From Patellaria atrata CBS 101060 (taxonomy: Eukaryota): a stretch of DNA of 64,000 bases. This document shows, piece after piece, positions 63,257-64,000 of the stretch. The stretch's first letter is position 1, and each line of letters starts with the position of its first letter. The position numbers and the translations under genes were made by a program. The stretch covers positions 626,623 to 690,622 of the forward strand of contig MU006092.1 in the NCBI GenBank assembly GCA_010093705.1. Direction: 5' to 3'. Under the pieces are notes generated by a model. That model did not search any database, was not told the DNA's origin, and saw nothing but the letters and a program-made list of their open reading frames with translations.

Positions 63257-64000
63257 ATGCCTCTCTCTACAAAGTCTCTGGCCGGCCCAGGTTATATCAT
63301 CCTTAACATTCTACGTGCCATGAACATCATCAGCCTTCTGTCTATCATCGCCGCAAGTATTGTGATGCTCATCAAGACCTTCGTTGTCTCCAAAGTAAGT
63401 CGAACTCCAACCATACACATTTGGATCATTCTCACTAACATGATTACAGTTCTTCTTCTTCGACGGTGTTACCAATGTGATCACCGCATGTTCTAGTGCT
63501 TTTCTCATCATCTCCGAACTCTCACTCTTCCAGGGCTACTTTATCCGAAACTGGCCACTTCTTAGTCCCGATCATGGCTTCGTCACTCTCGGAGCAGCTA
63601 TGATGATGCTCGGTGTCAATATGCTCGGCAATCTCAACAAGGAATCCACCAGTCAAGAGTCTTTCGGAATGGCATTCTGGCGCCTCGTTATTGCTTCTGG
63701 CATCCTCGTCTTCATCCTTGGTTTCTTTAACATCGTTGCCGTAAGTCATCCTTCTCCAATCTCCCATCAAGCACCCTCCTAACATAACCTTTTCAGAGCT
63801 ACGTCTTCCGCAACCGCGCCCTCGGCATCACTGCCCGCAAAGTCCGCTCCCATGGCGCAATTGCCGAGCACCAACAGCAAGCTAAAACCCTCAGCGTCAA
63901 CACTTCCATTGGCTCCAACTCCGTCACCATGAAACAATCCTCCTTCTCGCCTTACACGCCCATCAAGTCGCCTCGCAAGTCGTTCCATGCTGTCCGTGGC
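63257..64000 (+). CDS. Conserved-looking fungal multi-pass membrane protein, function unknown (partial, runs off the window)
   Basis: MPLSTKSLAGPGYIILNILRAMNII...SK/FFFFDGV...ISELSLF...NWPLLS..HGFVTLG...; about four hydrophobic segments; introns near 63395-63450 and 63741-63796. Confidence 0.75.

Noticed and set aside
1..64000. CRISPR arrays, tRNA, rRNA and snRNA genes
   Set aside because: No repeat-spacer arrays, no T-loop within a cloverleaf and no U1/U2/U5/U6 signature sequences were seen by eye; a tRNAscan-SE or Infernal run would be needed to be sure.

Overview
Intron-containing fungal (Pezizomycotina, probably Eurotiomycetes; inferred from gene content and intron style) genomic window with about 20 protein genes. 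In order: the tail of an upstream gene, a UBA-ZnF-UBX protein, VAP/Scs2, asparagine synthetase, Sog2, a KHDC4/BLOM7-like KH protein, Ilv6, ornithine carbamoyltransferase, a Tag1-like vacuolar protein, Yvh1, a C2H2 transcription factor, Vfa1, two tandem Rieske-oxygenase-family genes, Gut2, an RgsA-type RGS protein, RUS1/DUF647, Alg11, SMN (missed by the ORF track), a secreted cupredoxin and a partial membrane protein. There are several microsatellites and one assembly gap. I found no tRNA, rRNA, CRISPR or recognisable transposon. The main finding is the Rieske pair (39228-42447), which is reciprocally defective. Gene A keeps the mononuclear-Fe catalytic ligands but has a clean deletion of the [2Fe-2S] subdomain. 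Gene B keeps the [2Fe-2S] ligands, has an N-terminal membrane anchor and lacks the catalytic ligands. This suggests a split, obligately heteromeric choline/carnitine-monooxygenase-like enzyme. Secondary findings are a degenerate SMN YG-box, three long introns with internal splice signals, a candidate structured ncRNA at about 22 kb and Gcn4/CpcA sites at the amino-acid genes. Gene names come from recognising motifs, not from database searches, and exon boundaries were read by eye.
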